From Candidatus Nomurabacteria bacterium (lineage in GTDB: Bacteria; Patescibacteriota; Minisyncoccia; Phycocordibacterales; UBA9973): 35,205 nucleotides of DNA. Every line of letters starts with the position of its first letter. Positions within the stretch are counted from its first letter, which is position 1. The notes below the pieces were generated by a model. It was not told the DNA's origin, made no database searches, and saw nothing but the letters and a program-made list of their open reading frames with translations. Location of the stretch: assembly GCA_943350065.1 (NCBI GenBank), contig CALQZZ010000001.1, positions 1-35,205 of the forward strand, read 5' to 3'. Positions 25,367 through 34,249 of the stretch are shown piece by piece. The translations under genes were made by a program, and so were the position numbers.

Positions 25367-26281
25367 ATGAAAATACATAAAGCAAAAAAATCATTAGGTC
25401 AAAACTTTTTAAAATCAGTACCAGCGCTGAACGCTATTGTGAATGCCGGAGAAATAAAAGATACTGATACTATTTTAGAGATTGGTCCCGGTAAAGGAGC
25501 ACTGACTGAAAAACTTTTAGCCAAAATTAGTACAGATAAATCTGGGATAGGTAAGGTTATTGCTATAGAAAAAGATCAAGACCTATTAGAATTTCTAAAA
25601 GAAAAATTTGCAAAAGAAATTGAAGATAAAAAATTCATTTTAATAAATGAAGATATTTTAGAGCACCCCCTCCCGACCTCCCCCTTGGCGAAGGGGGAGG
25701 GGAAATACAAGATTATCGCTAACATTCCATACAATATCACCGGAGCGATTTTGAAAAAATTTTTAACAGCCGAAAATCAACCAGAGAGAATGGTCTTAAT
25801 GGTACAAAATGAAGTAGCAAAAAGAATTGTCGCTCGAGATGGCAGCGAGAGTATTTTATCTATCTCAGTCAAAGCTTATGGAAATCCAAAAATAATAATG
25901 AAGGTTCCCGCTAGATATTTTTCACCAGCACCTAAGGTGGATTCTGCTATTATTGCAATTACAGATATAAATAGAGATAACTTTATTTCAAAACCCCCTC
26001 GTCCTACGGACACCCCCTCTTATCAAGAGGAGAATGTTGGAATCGCTAGGCAAGACCTAGCGAAACTTACATTCGAAGAAAGATTTTGGACTTTAGTTAA
26101 AAATGGTTTTGCACACAAAAGAAAGATACTAATTAGCAACTTAAGAACCTCACCCCAGCCCTCTCCTTTTAAAGGAGAGGGAGTAATACTTAAAATATTC
26201 GAGAACTTACATATTTCAGAAAAAGCTCGAGCGGAAGAATTAGATCTAAAAGACTGGTTGGAAATTGCTAAAAAATTATAA
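25367..26281 (+). CDS. rsmA: 16S rRNA dimethyladenosine transferase RsmA/KsgA with palindromic insertions
   Basis: KKSLGQNFL, LEIGPGKGALT, IANIPYNIT, MVQNEVAKRI, F.PAPKVDSA, F.HKRK and RAEEL motifs. Confidence 0.97.
   Translation: MKIHKAKKSLGQNFLKSVPALNAIVNAGEIKDTDTILEIGPGKGALTEKLLAKISTDKSGIGKVIAIEKDQDLLEFLKEKFAKEIEDKKFILINEDILEHPLPTSPLAKGEGKYKIIANIPYNITGAILKKFLTAENQPERMVLMVQNEVAKRIVARDGSESILSISVKAYGNPKIIMKVPARYFSPAPKVDSAIIAITDINRDNFISKPPRPTDTPSYQEENVGIARQDLAKLTFEERFWTLVKNGFAHKRKILISNLRTSPQPSPFKGEGVILKIFENLHISEKARAEELDLKDWLEIAKKL
25664..25704. repeat. Palindromic half-element in frame within rsmA
   Basis: 37/41 identical to intergenic 7150-7190; encodes HPLPTSPLAKGEG. Confidence 0.9.
25993..26063. 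repeat. Two adjacent palindromic elements in frame within rsmA
   Basis: ACCCCCTC-GTCC/GGAC-AC-CCTCTT/AAGAGG-AGAA (25993-26034) and TCGCTAGG/CCTAGCGA (26043-26063). Confidence 0.8.
26147..26183. repeat. Palindromic half-element in frame within rsmA
   Basis: ACCTCACCCCAG-CCCTCTCCTTT-T-AAAGGAGAGGG-AG, encoding TSPQPSPFKGEG; resembles the right half of 34101-34196. Confidence 0.85.
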
Positions 26282-26301
26282 CTTTATGTTATAATTAAAA
26301 A

Positions 26302-26673
26302 GTGAAAAAAGATTGGAAAAAAATTGGAGTAATACTAATAGTTTTATTATCTTTTAAAATAGCTTATGCTGCTTCAGGTCAACCCTTTGGTGGTAAGATC
26401 ACCGAAGCTCCAGACAATCAAGTAAAAACAAAAGATGATTCTACTTATACATGTAAACCTGAAAACAAAACCATTGTTATAAAATCTTTTAAAGGCCCCA
26501 CAAAATATTACATTGGGGAAACAAAATCAAAAACAAACAAAAAAGAGAGTCTTGGTCAGTGGGTCCTTGGACGCTATAATGGTACGACGACCATTAGTTG
26601 TACGAATGATGTTGAACCATGGGACACAATAACCTATCAATTCAATACAATACAAGTTTGGGGTAGTTGGTAA
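26302..26673 (+). CDS. Small secreted protein
   Basis: Signal peptide ending AYA-A, then PFGGKI and two Cys. GTG start lies 6 nt after TGtTATAAT. Confidence 0.8.
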   Translation: MKKDWKKIGVILIVLLSFKIAYAASGQPFGGKITEAPDNQVKTKDDSTYTCKPENKTIVIKSFKGPTKYYIGETKSKTNKKESLGQWVLGRYNGTTTISCTNDVEPWDTITYQFNTIQVWGSW

Positions 26674-26682
26674 TTCTAAATT

Positions 26683-27660
26683 ATGCTTAAAAATTTATTA
26701 AAAAATAAATATATGCCCAGTAAAAAAATACAAATAATTACAGCCATTTGTATTTTTGTCTTAATAATAATTATTTTCTTTTTAAAATCTTCCACAAGAT
26801 CTAACTTTCTAGCAAAACAAAAACAACTAGAAGTTCAAAACTCAACGATCAATGAATTAATTGCTAAAGACACTGACGGTGACGGTGTGGCTGACTGGGA
26901 AGAGGCTCTTTGGGGTACAGACAAAAACAAAACAATGACTTTTGAAGGTGTCGCAGATAAAACATACATTGAAAACAAGAAAAAAGACCTAAATATAGCA
27001 GAATCTGGTTCTTCTGGTGAAAATTTAAATGAAACAGAGAAATTCTCCAGAGATTTCTTTACAGCTTTTATGGCAATGAAATCAGGAGAAGTGGATCAAA
27101 ATACAATCAATGGCTTTTCTTCAGCCCTAGGTCAAAAAGTAGCCAATCCAAACATACTAGACCAGTACTTAGAAAAAGATATAAAAATAGATAATTCTGG
27201 AGATTTAAACAAACAAGAAAAATACTATTTAGCTATTCAAGGCCTATTTGAGCAGTATAAATCTGAAGGACTTGGTGATGAATTAGACATTGTTAGTGGA
27301 ACATTGGCTTCTACTACAGATAACGATAAAATTACTAAAACTGAACAATTACTGAAAATAGCTAATGCTTACAAGGGTTTTGCTGCTGATATTATGAAAT
27401 TATCTGTACCAGAAAAATTAGTTAAATACCATTTAAAGATAGCAAATAGTGCAAATAATACCAGTATCAGTGTAAACAATATGTCAAAAATAGTAGGAGA
27501 TCCAGTAGTCGGACTTTCTGGTCTTTCTCAATATCAAAAATATAGTAATGAGTTAATAAATTCAGCCAAAGAACTAGAATCTACATTACCAGATAGTAAT
27601 GCTATAATAGATACTACAAATCAAAACAGTAATCAGGCTCAAGGTTTTGGTTTTCAATAA
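26683..27660 (+). CDS. Membrane-anchored protein with a thrombospondin type 3-like Ca-binding motif
   Basis: N-terminal TM helix and DTDGDGVADWEEALWGTD. Confidence 0.85.
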   Translation: MLKNLLKNKYMPSKKIQIITAICIFVLIIIIFFLKSSTRSNFLAKQKQLEVQNSTINELIAKDTDGDGVADWEEALWGTDKNKTMTFEGVADKTYIENKKKDLNIAESGSSGENLNETEKFSRDFFTAFMAMKSGEVDQNTINGFSSALGQKVANPNILDQYLEKDIKIDNSGDLNKQEKYYLAIQGLFEQYKSEGLGDELDIVSGTLASTTDNDKITKTEQLLKIANAYKGFAADIMKLSVPEKLVKYHLKIANSANNTSISVNNMSKIVGDPVVGLSGLSQYQKYSNELINSAKELESTLPDSNAIIDTTNQNSNQAQGFGFQ

Positions 27661-27668
27661 ATATTAAT

Positions 27669-30602
27669 ATGAATTTCATCAAAAATATCTATAAAAAAAT
27701 AATTTGCTCCATAATAATTGGAAGTATTGTATTGATGCCATACTTAAGTCTACCTCAGACAGTAAATGCCCAAATGAGTGGCAATGGAATGGAGGGTTAT
27801 ATCAAAACTCTTTCTCCAATTATCACTCGTCTTCCAGGATGTAAAGAAGTTTTAAAGGGTGGAATGCAAGATTTATTTTCTAACATAAAGAGAGTTTTTA
27901 AAAAACCAAAGACCGGTTCATCTGGTCATGATGCTGATCCAAATGGAGGCGGATTAGATGGTATAGCGACAGATACCACAAAAAATACAGACTCTGTTCC
28001 TGTTTTTGATTTTACGGTTCAAACAAATACCAAAAATACTGCTGATTCAGCTGCTGAGACAGAAGCTTCAACTAGTTCACTTAATAAAAACAAAACTTGT
28101 CTCGATGCTATCGGACGAGCTGTCGCAAAAATTCTCCTAAATGAAATGACTCAAAGCATGGTCAAATGGATTAATGGTGGCTTTGATGGAACACCGAAAT
28201 TTGTCCATGATCCTGTGGGATTTTTTAAAGATATTGCAAAAAATGAAATTTTAGAATTTGGACTAGAAATAGATAATCCAATTCTTTTTCCATTCGGAAA
28301 AGATTTTATGAAAATGCAAAAACAAAATTTTGTAAAACACTTTGCGGATAATGCTAAATATTCTCTTAATCAAGCCGTCGCAGATGGTAATCCGGGTCAC
28401 ACTGCTGATGATTTTAAGGTTAATTTTAGTGATGGAGGATGGGGAGCATGGGCAGCAATGACCCAAAACACAGCAAATAATCCAATTGGCTTTAATATTG
28501 CAGCTTCAAATGAAATGGAAATTAGACTCGATGGAACAATAAAATCACCGGCACAAAATCTGCGAGACGATATGGCTACAGCCAATGGTTTCTTGAGCCA
28601 AGAACGCTGTGCCACAGAAGCAGTCCAAGACTCAGATGGAAGATTGACAGGTGAGCTTGTCACTAATCACGATATTACTAGAGGTGAAGATGCTAGATAT
28701 TTAAGAAAAGAATCTGGTGCTAGACACTGTGCTCAATGGGAAAATGTCACTCCTGGTAAAATTATTGCAGAATCAGCTACAAAAGTATCTGGTTATCAAG
28801 GTAATGCTTTACTTTCAGTCCAAGACTTAAACGATGCCGAAGCTGCTTTACTCGATGCTACTTTAAGTTATCTTGTAACAAAGATTTCTAGTAGTGAAGG
28901 TTTTGCTGGATTATCTGATGATCCAAATAGTTCTCAAAACATGTTTGGTTCAGATAATGGATTAAATTCAATAGGTCAAGTTGAAAAAGATTTTTCAACT
29001 TCTATTGGTGGTACTGATTGGCTTAATTCAAATCCTGATTTTAATATTCGTACTGATTTGACTCAATCTTTGATCGATGAACAAAGAATTTATATGCAGA
29101 AATTGATAGATCAAAATACTGAATTAAAATCTCGAAAGAAAATTGGTAATCAAACATGGAACTATGGTTTACTGCCGATTATTTATCAACTCGATTATTG
29201 TATCCCTGGTCCACATCCAAACTGGCAAGAAGAAGCTCAAACACAGCTTGATATCTTAAAAGAAGGTATTATTAATATTGATGGTATGAATTATTCTCAA
29301 ATCAAACACCTGACAGGAGTAGGTAATGTTGGTTCTGGAGCAGAAACAGCCCTAAATATAGCCCATACGTTAATGGATCCAATAGGTATTACAAATGGTC
29401 TTAGTGGTATGTTTGGTGGAGGAGGAGGTGGAGGAGGTGGTAATGGTCAAGACCTTGATGCTTTGTTAGAATTAACAAAAAATTATGCGTATCAATACCT
29501 GTCTCAATTTATGTCAATATATCTCGGATTTACAGCATTCAAAGACCCATCATCAGAAACTTATTCAAACATAATCCAAGCTTTTGATGATGCTTTTAGT
29601 GGTTACAAAGCAATGATTTCTAATGTCTACAACGAGCTAACTCTACCAGGAGTTGCAGACCAAGCCAAAAAAGAATTCAATACAGCTAGTGGTTATCAAG
29701 CAATGTATGATAAAAATATTGCGGATATTGCTGTAAAGAAAAGCGATATCCAAAGATTGGCAGACCTGAAAGATAAAATAGATGCTTTGACTTTAGCTAG
29801 AGATAACCAGACATTACCTTTAACATTAATAGATCCATCTACAAACCTAGCTACAACAGATTACAATGCTCAATTTGAAGAAGATTTAAAACCTTACATT
29901 AGTGCTTTTGCTCGTCTTTCTATTAACATGAAAACAGGGGACGATATTGCTAAAGCAGATAGCTTGTTACAACAAATTAAAGATAAAGAAAAATATATTT
30001 ACACCGATCTAATAAAAGGTCCGACAGGTTGTGAAAAAGAATTATCTTCTGTTACAGCAGATAACCAAAACTCTTTACTAAAACTTTGGTCTCTAAAGAG
30101 ATATACTTATCCACTGCCTATACTGTATGACTATAACAGCTCAACATACTCTCCAGCAGCAAACATATTACCGGACCCATTTGGTTATAGTTATTCATTT
30201 CCACAAGGAATATTCCACTCTGGAACAATAGCTAATAAATCAGTTTACCAATGGGGTTCAGCAGGTATTCCACATGACTGGCAAAATCACGAATTTGCTC
30301 CAGGATTATGGTATGTTGATTTTTCAGGTGCTATCAGTGGTGGAGGTGATATTTTCTTTGATGGTAGGGATCGGGATGGTTATAGTTCGACTTACCCTGC
30401 TATTAATAAAATAAATTCATTCTGTCAAAACATAGCACTAGTTTCAAACCTAACAACACCAGGTGTTTTCTATGAGCCTTGTAGTATTCGTGGTAGTAAT
30501 TTTACCAATCTAAACATTGGAGCAATCAACTTTAAGAACAATGAGGATATGCTAAATCACCATGGAATTACTACATTTGAAAAATCATTAGGAGTTTATT
30601 AA
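27669..30602 (+). CDS. Large secreted hypothetical protein (977 aa)
   Basis: Signal peptide ending VNA-Q, segments MTQSMVKWINGGFDGTPKFV, GFLSQERC and VTPGKII, and a poly-Gly run. Resembles proteins recalled from CPR surface/secretion loci. Confidence 0.85.
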   Translation: MNFIKNIYKKIICSIIIGSIVLMPYLSLPQTVNAQMSGNGMEGYIKTLSPIITRLPGCKEVLKGGMQDLFSNIKRVFKKPKTGSSGHDADPNGGGLDGIATDTTKNTDSVPVFDFTVQTNTKNTADSAAETEASTSSLNKNKTCLDAIGRAVAKILLNEMTQSMVKWINGGFDGTPKFVHDPVGFFKDIAKNEILEFGLEIDNPILFPFGKDFMKMQKQNFVKHFADNAKYSLNQAVADGNPGHTADDFKVNFSDGGWGAWAAMTQNTANNPIGFNIAASNEMEIRLDGTIKSPAQNLRDDMATANGFLSQERCATEAVQDSDGRLTGELVTNHDITRGEDARYLRKESGARHCAQWENVTPGKIIAESATKVSGYQGNALLSVQDLNDAEAALLDATLSYLVTKISSSEGFAGLSDDPNSSQNMFGSDNGLNSIGQVEKDFSTSIGGTDWLNSNPDFNIRTDLTQSLIDEQRIYMQKLIDQNTELKSRKKIGNQTWNYGLLPIIYQLDYCIPGPHPNWQEEAQTQLDILKEGIINIDGMNYSQIKHLTGVGNVGSGAETALNIAHTLMDPIGITNGLSGMFGGGGGGGGGNGQDLDALLELTKNYAYQYLSQFMSIYLGFTAFKDPSSETYSNIIQAFDDAFSGYKAMISNVYNELTLPGVADQAKKEFNTASGYQAMYDKNIADIAVKKSDIQRLADLKDKIDALTLARDNQTLPLTLIDPSTNLATTDYNAQFEEDLKPYISAFARLSINMKTGDDIAKADSLLQQIKDKEKYIYTDLIKGPTGCEKELSSVTADNQNSLLKLWSLKRYTYPLPILYDYNSSTYSPAANILPDPFGYSYSFPQGIFHSGTIANKSVYQWGSAGIPHDWQNHEFAPGLWYVDFSGAISGGGDIFFDGRDRDGYSSTYPAINKINSFCQNIALVSNLTTPGVFYEPCSIRGSNFTNLNIGAINFKNNEDMLNHHGITTFEKSLGVY

Positions 30603-30620
30603 AAATAACTGAAAGAAAAA

Positions 30621-33600
30621 ATGAAAAAAAATATTCTAAAAAGCTTAATAATTGTTTTAATTTTAGCTATTTTTATAGTACCGAGTTTTACTAAACATAA
30701 AATTGTTTTTGCAGCTGCTCCAATCATAACAACCGAAAATGCAACCAATGTCACGGCAAATAGCGCTACTATTAGTAGTAACATTTTAAACACTGATGGA
30801 GTTGAGACTAATATTAGTTTTATTTATAGTGAAGAACCTACTGCCACTGGTGGTCATGGTTCAGGAATGGGAACAGCAGATCCACAAGCACCTATCGCCC
30901 CTCCAACTTATATAGTATCAAAAGATTTAACAAATTTAGAACCATACACTACTTATTATTATAGATTTTTAGCTTTCAGTCCTCATGGGGGAAATCCTGG
31001 AACAATTAAAAGTTTTACAACCCTCAAAGGGGAACCTGTTGCTAGTACAGATGTTGCTACACCTAATTTAATCACTACAAATTCTGCAAGACTTAATGGA
31101 AGTATTCTCAACACTTCAGGAGAAATTCCTGACAGTGTTTCTTATGAACTAGGATACGATCCTCAGACGATAATAGATTATAATCATGGCTATGGCTACT
31201 CATCAAACCCCGTAGTTCTCTTAACTGGACATTATAATGGAACTAGTAGCAATGGTTTTATTGCCCCTCCTATTTACACAACCTATGCAGACACGACTGG
31301 TTTAACACCAAATACTATATACTATTTTAGATCATGTGTAACAATAGTCTTAACAATAAATTTCTCAATAAGTGGACATACTGGTTGTGGTGGTTTTAGT
31401 AAATTTATTACAGACACATCAACTGACCCAAATAGTGGTCATAATATCGGTGCCCCAGGAGGAATAGGAAACAATGGAAGTAATAATGGTAATGGATGGA
31501 ACACAGGTGGAGCCATCGGTACAAATACTAGTTCAAATATAAAAAATGTTAAGACATATAATGCCACAGACTTAACAGAAAATTCTACCAAGTTTAATGG
31601 TTCAGGAGATATTTTAAACAGTGAAAATCATTTTGCTTATTTTAGATATTCTAAAATTACCGACCATCCACCAATTTTCTGTAATGATATTTATGGTTCA
31701 GCAATGATGACTGCGACAGCCACAAATCCTAATGTAAATGGTTCTTTTTCTGGTGGTAATTTTTCAGCTGGAGTAAACGGGCTTGAACCTAATACTAGGT
31801 ATTATTATTGTGCTGTTGTCTCAAACAGTGCTCTTTCAAACAACCCTAGTGATCCTACTTATTTCCGACCAAGAAAATCAGATATTCAATATGGAGGTGT
31901 AAAATTTTTTGATACAAAATGTGGAAACACTTGTACAACAATAGTGACAAAACCAGCGACTGGAATAACTCCTACATCTGTTATTTTAAATGGTTCTTAT
32001 AATTCCACAAAAGATGTAAAAACATATTTAGAATACAAAATAGACCCTGTTATATATGTCTCACACGGTGGAACTGTTCCAGATCCGTATTTCCCAGATC
32101 ATTGGATAAAAGTAAACATTTTAGACCATAATACAAATACTGGTACTGTTTCTGGAAATATTCAAGGCTCAGTGACAGGTTTGTTACCAAATACCCCGTA
32201 TTTGTTCGAAGCTGTTGCTGAAACAAATTGGGGAACGACAACTACTCCAAATATACAAACATACACTGGAGATCTTATGAATTTCACTACTCGTCCACCA
32301 ACTTCAACTCCTAGTACCCCTACAGATCCAGGGACGACACAATATCAACCATCTACTGATTATAATTCTGATTATCAATACACCATCTGTCCAGATTTAA
32401 CAATATATAATATCTCAAGCAAAACTGTTCGTGCAGGAAATAATCTTTCTTTCGCTGCAAATTCTTGTGGATCAAATGGGGAGACCGTCACTTATACTCC
32501 TACAAATTTACCTACTGGATCAAACTTGAATACAAATGGTATTTTTACTTGGCCAGTACCAGCCAATCAAGCTGTCGGGTCTTATGATGTGATAATAAAC
32601 GCAAGTACTCCTAGCCAGAGTGCAGTACCTGTGACAGTACACATCAATGTAATAGCTTCAAATACTACTACAACTACAAGCTGTAATGATTTAACAATTA
32701 GCGAAATACCAGATCAACATTATACTGTGGGTCAACCTGGTAGCTTCTGGGCTAATGTTTGCGGAGATAGAGGAGTAACTGTCACTTATTCTAACGTTAA
32801 TTTACCAATAGGAGCTAGTATGACTGCTTCATCTGGATATTTTGTTTGGTTCCCAACAGAAGATCAAATAGGAGATACTGATTTATTAATCACAGCCACG
32901 ACAGGTAGCCAAACAGCAGCACCTATCACTGTACATGTCACTGTCTCTGCTGCTAACAATGGACCGACAGGTAACACTACTGTTACCCATACCACAATAA
33001 ACCCTTGTCCGGTTTTTAAATTAAATTCTATTTCAAACAAAACTGTTACAGTGGGAAGTTCTATTTCTTTTACAGCACATACTTGTGGAAATCAATCAAA
33101 GTCTGTAAATTATTTTATTACATCTGACTTAATGCCGACTGGTGCCACTATTGATCCGGCAACTGGTATATTTTCTTGGCATACAACTTCGAATCAATCT
33201 GGTACATACACAATCAAAGTACATGCTAGCGCAAATATTGGTAGTACAGATTTAATTACAGGAACCCAATCAGCAATAGAAGCCTCACCAGTCACTGTAA
33301 ACATTAAAGTAAATCCTAAACCAAAAAATTGTCCTACTTTAAAAATAAATCCGATTCAAAATGATTCTGCTTTTATAAATCAACCAGAAACTTTTTATGT
33401 AACTACTTGTGGAGAAGGGAATGCAGTAGTCGCTTTCTCTTCAACCAATTTACCAACAGGAGCTAGTATTGATCCACAAACTGGTTATTTTTCTTGGATT
33501 CCAACAGCAGCCCAAATTGGTTTACATAATATAATAATTTCAGCCAGTATTCCAAATAACCGAGCTGTTACAGATACTGTAGCTATTAACGTAAAAGATA

Positions 33601-34097
33601 TGAGTATCTTTACCTCTTCTAGCTCAGGTGGTACTTCTTTTGGAAATAGTAACTCAGGAAATGGAACTTTTGGAAATAGTGGTAATAGTAATAGTCCGAC
33701 AGTTCTAGGATCTCTAAATAATCCTGCTCCAGCCTTGGGTTCAGCATTAGTTCCTCCATATAGTGACGTCGTAAGATATCACGAAGGAATAGAGCACGTC
33801 TTTACTAGACAAATAGTAGGGGATATATCTCTCGCAAGAATTTATGGATATCAAGATGGACAAAATTTACAAATTTTTGCCGGAAACCTAGCCCACTCAT
33901 TTGCTACAATGTTTGGATATTATCATGGTGGGGGAAGAGAAATACGAGTCATTACTCCAGACATCGCAGCCTATCAGCTCGGACTCAAAGATGGAATGCT
34001 AGCTGTTTATGAATATTATGACAATCACTTGACCGGTGTCGCTACTGCCACAGGAAGCTTGAAAGAAACTTTTGAATACGAATATTATTTTCATTAA
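30621..34097 (+). CDS. Surface/adhesin-like protein with 4 Fn3-like and 4 Ig-like (He_PIG/cadherin-like) repeats
   Basis: Signal peptide, four LxPxTxYxx motifs, four (N/L)(L/M)PxG....GxFxW motifs, and Thr/Ser/Gly/Asn-rich linkers. Confidence 0.88.
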   Translation: MKKNILKSLIIVLILAIFIVPSFTKHKIVFAAAPIITTENATNVTANSATISSNILNTDGVETNISFIYSEEPTATGGHGSGMGTADPQAPIAPPTYIVSKDLTNLEPYTTYYYRFLAFSPHGGNPGTIKSFTTLKGEPVASTDVATPNLITTNSARLNGSILNTSGEIPDSVSYELGYDPQTIIDYNHGYGYSSNPVVLLTGHYNGTSSNGFIAPPIYTTYADTTGLTPNTIYYFRSCVTIVLTINFSISGHTGCGGFSKFITDTSTDPNSGHNIGAPGGIGNNGSNNGNGWNTGGAIGTNTSSNIKNVKTYNATDLTENSTKFNGSGDILNSENHFAYFRYSKITDHPPIFCNDIYGSAMMTATATNPNVNGSFSGGNFSAGVNGLEPNTRYYYCAVVSNSALSNNPSDPTYFRPRKSDIQYGGVKFFDTKCGNTCTTIVTKPATGITPTSVILNGSYNSTKDVKTYLEYKIDPVIYVSHGGTVPDPYFPDHWIKVNILDHNTNTGTVSGNIQGSVTGLLPNTPYLFEAVAETNWGTTTTPNIQTYTGDLMNFTTRPPTSTPSTPTDPGTTQYQPSTDYNSDYQYTICPDLTIYNISSKTVRAGNNLSFAANSCGSNGETVTYTPTNLPTGSNLNTNGIFTWPVPANQAVGSYDVIINASTPSQSAVPVTVHINVIASNTTTTTSCNDLTISEIPDQHYTVGQPGSFWANVCGDRGVTVTYSNVNLPIGASMTASSGYFVWFPTEDQIGDTDLLITATTGSQTAAPITVHVTVSAANNGPTGNTTVTHTTINPCPVFKLNSISNKTVTVGSSISFTAHTCGNQSKSVNYFITSDLMPTGATIDPATGIFSWHTTSNQSGTYTIKVHASANIGSTDLITGTQSAIEASPVTVNIKVNPKPKNCPTLKINPIQNDSAFINQPETFYVTTCGEGNAVVAFSSTNLPTGASIDPQTGYFSWIPTAAQIGLHNIIISASIPNNRAVTDTVAINVKDMSIFTSSSSGGTSFGNSNSGNGTFGNSGNSNSPTVLGSLNNPAPALGSALVPPYSDVVRYHEGIEHVFTRQIVGDISLARIYGYQDGQNLQIFAGNLAHSFATMFGYYHGGGREIRVITPDIAAYQLGLKDGMLAVYEYYDNHLTGVATATGSLKETFEYEYYFH

Positions 34098-34100
34098 TTT

Positions 34101-34196
34101 CTTCCTCTCCTTAATAAGGAGAGGATTGAGGTGAGGTTCTTAATTCAATACACCTCATCCCAGCCTTCTCCTTGTAAAGGAGAAGGGGAATAAAAT
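34101..34196. repeat. GC-rich palindromic doublet, near-identical to 7540-7636
   Basis: TCCTCTCCTTA/TAAGGAGAGGA..GAGGTGAGGT-spacer-ACCTCATCCC..CCTTCTCCTT/AAGGAGAAGG. Confidence 0.9.
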
Positions 34197-34249
34197 ACAA
34201 AAAAATAGATATATCTAAAATAAACATGATATAATTAAAGTACTTACGT

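Noticed and set aside
1094..32241. Antisense and overlapping ORFs in the track (e.g. 1094-1426, 7744-8187, 9067-9516, 12804-13028, 16476-16886, 21124-21720, 23755-24123)
   Set aside because: They are shadow frames of well-supported genes and have no independent motifs.
6039..34196. CRISPR array
   Set aside because: The repeats are dispersed, not tandem with unique spacers, and there are no cas genes.
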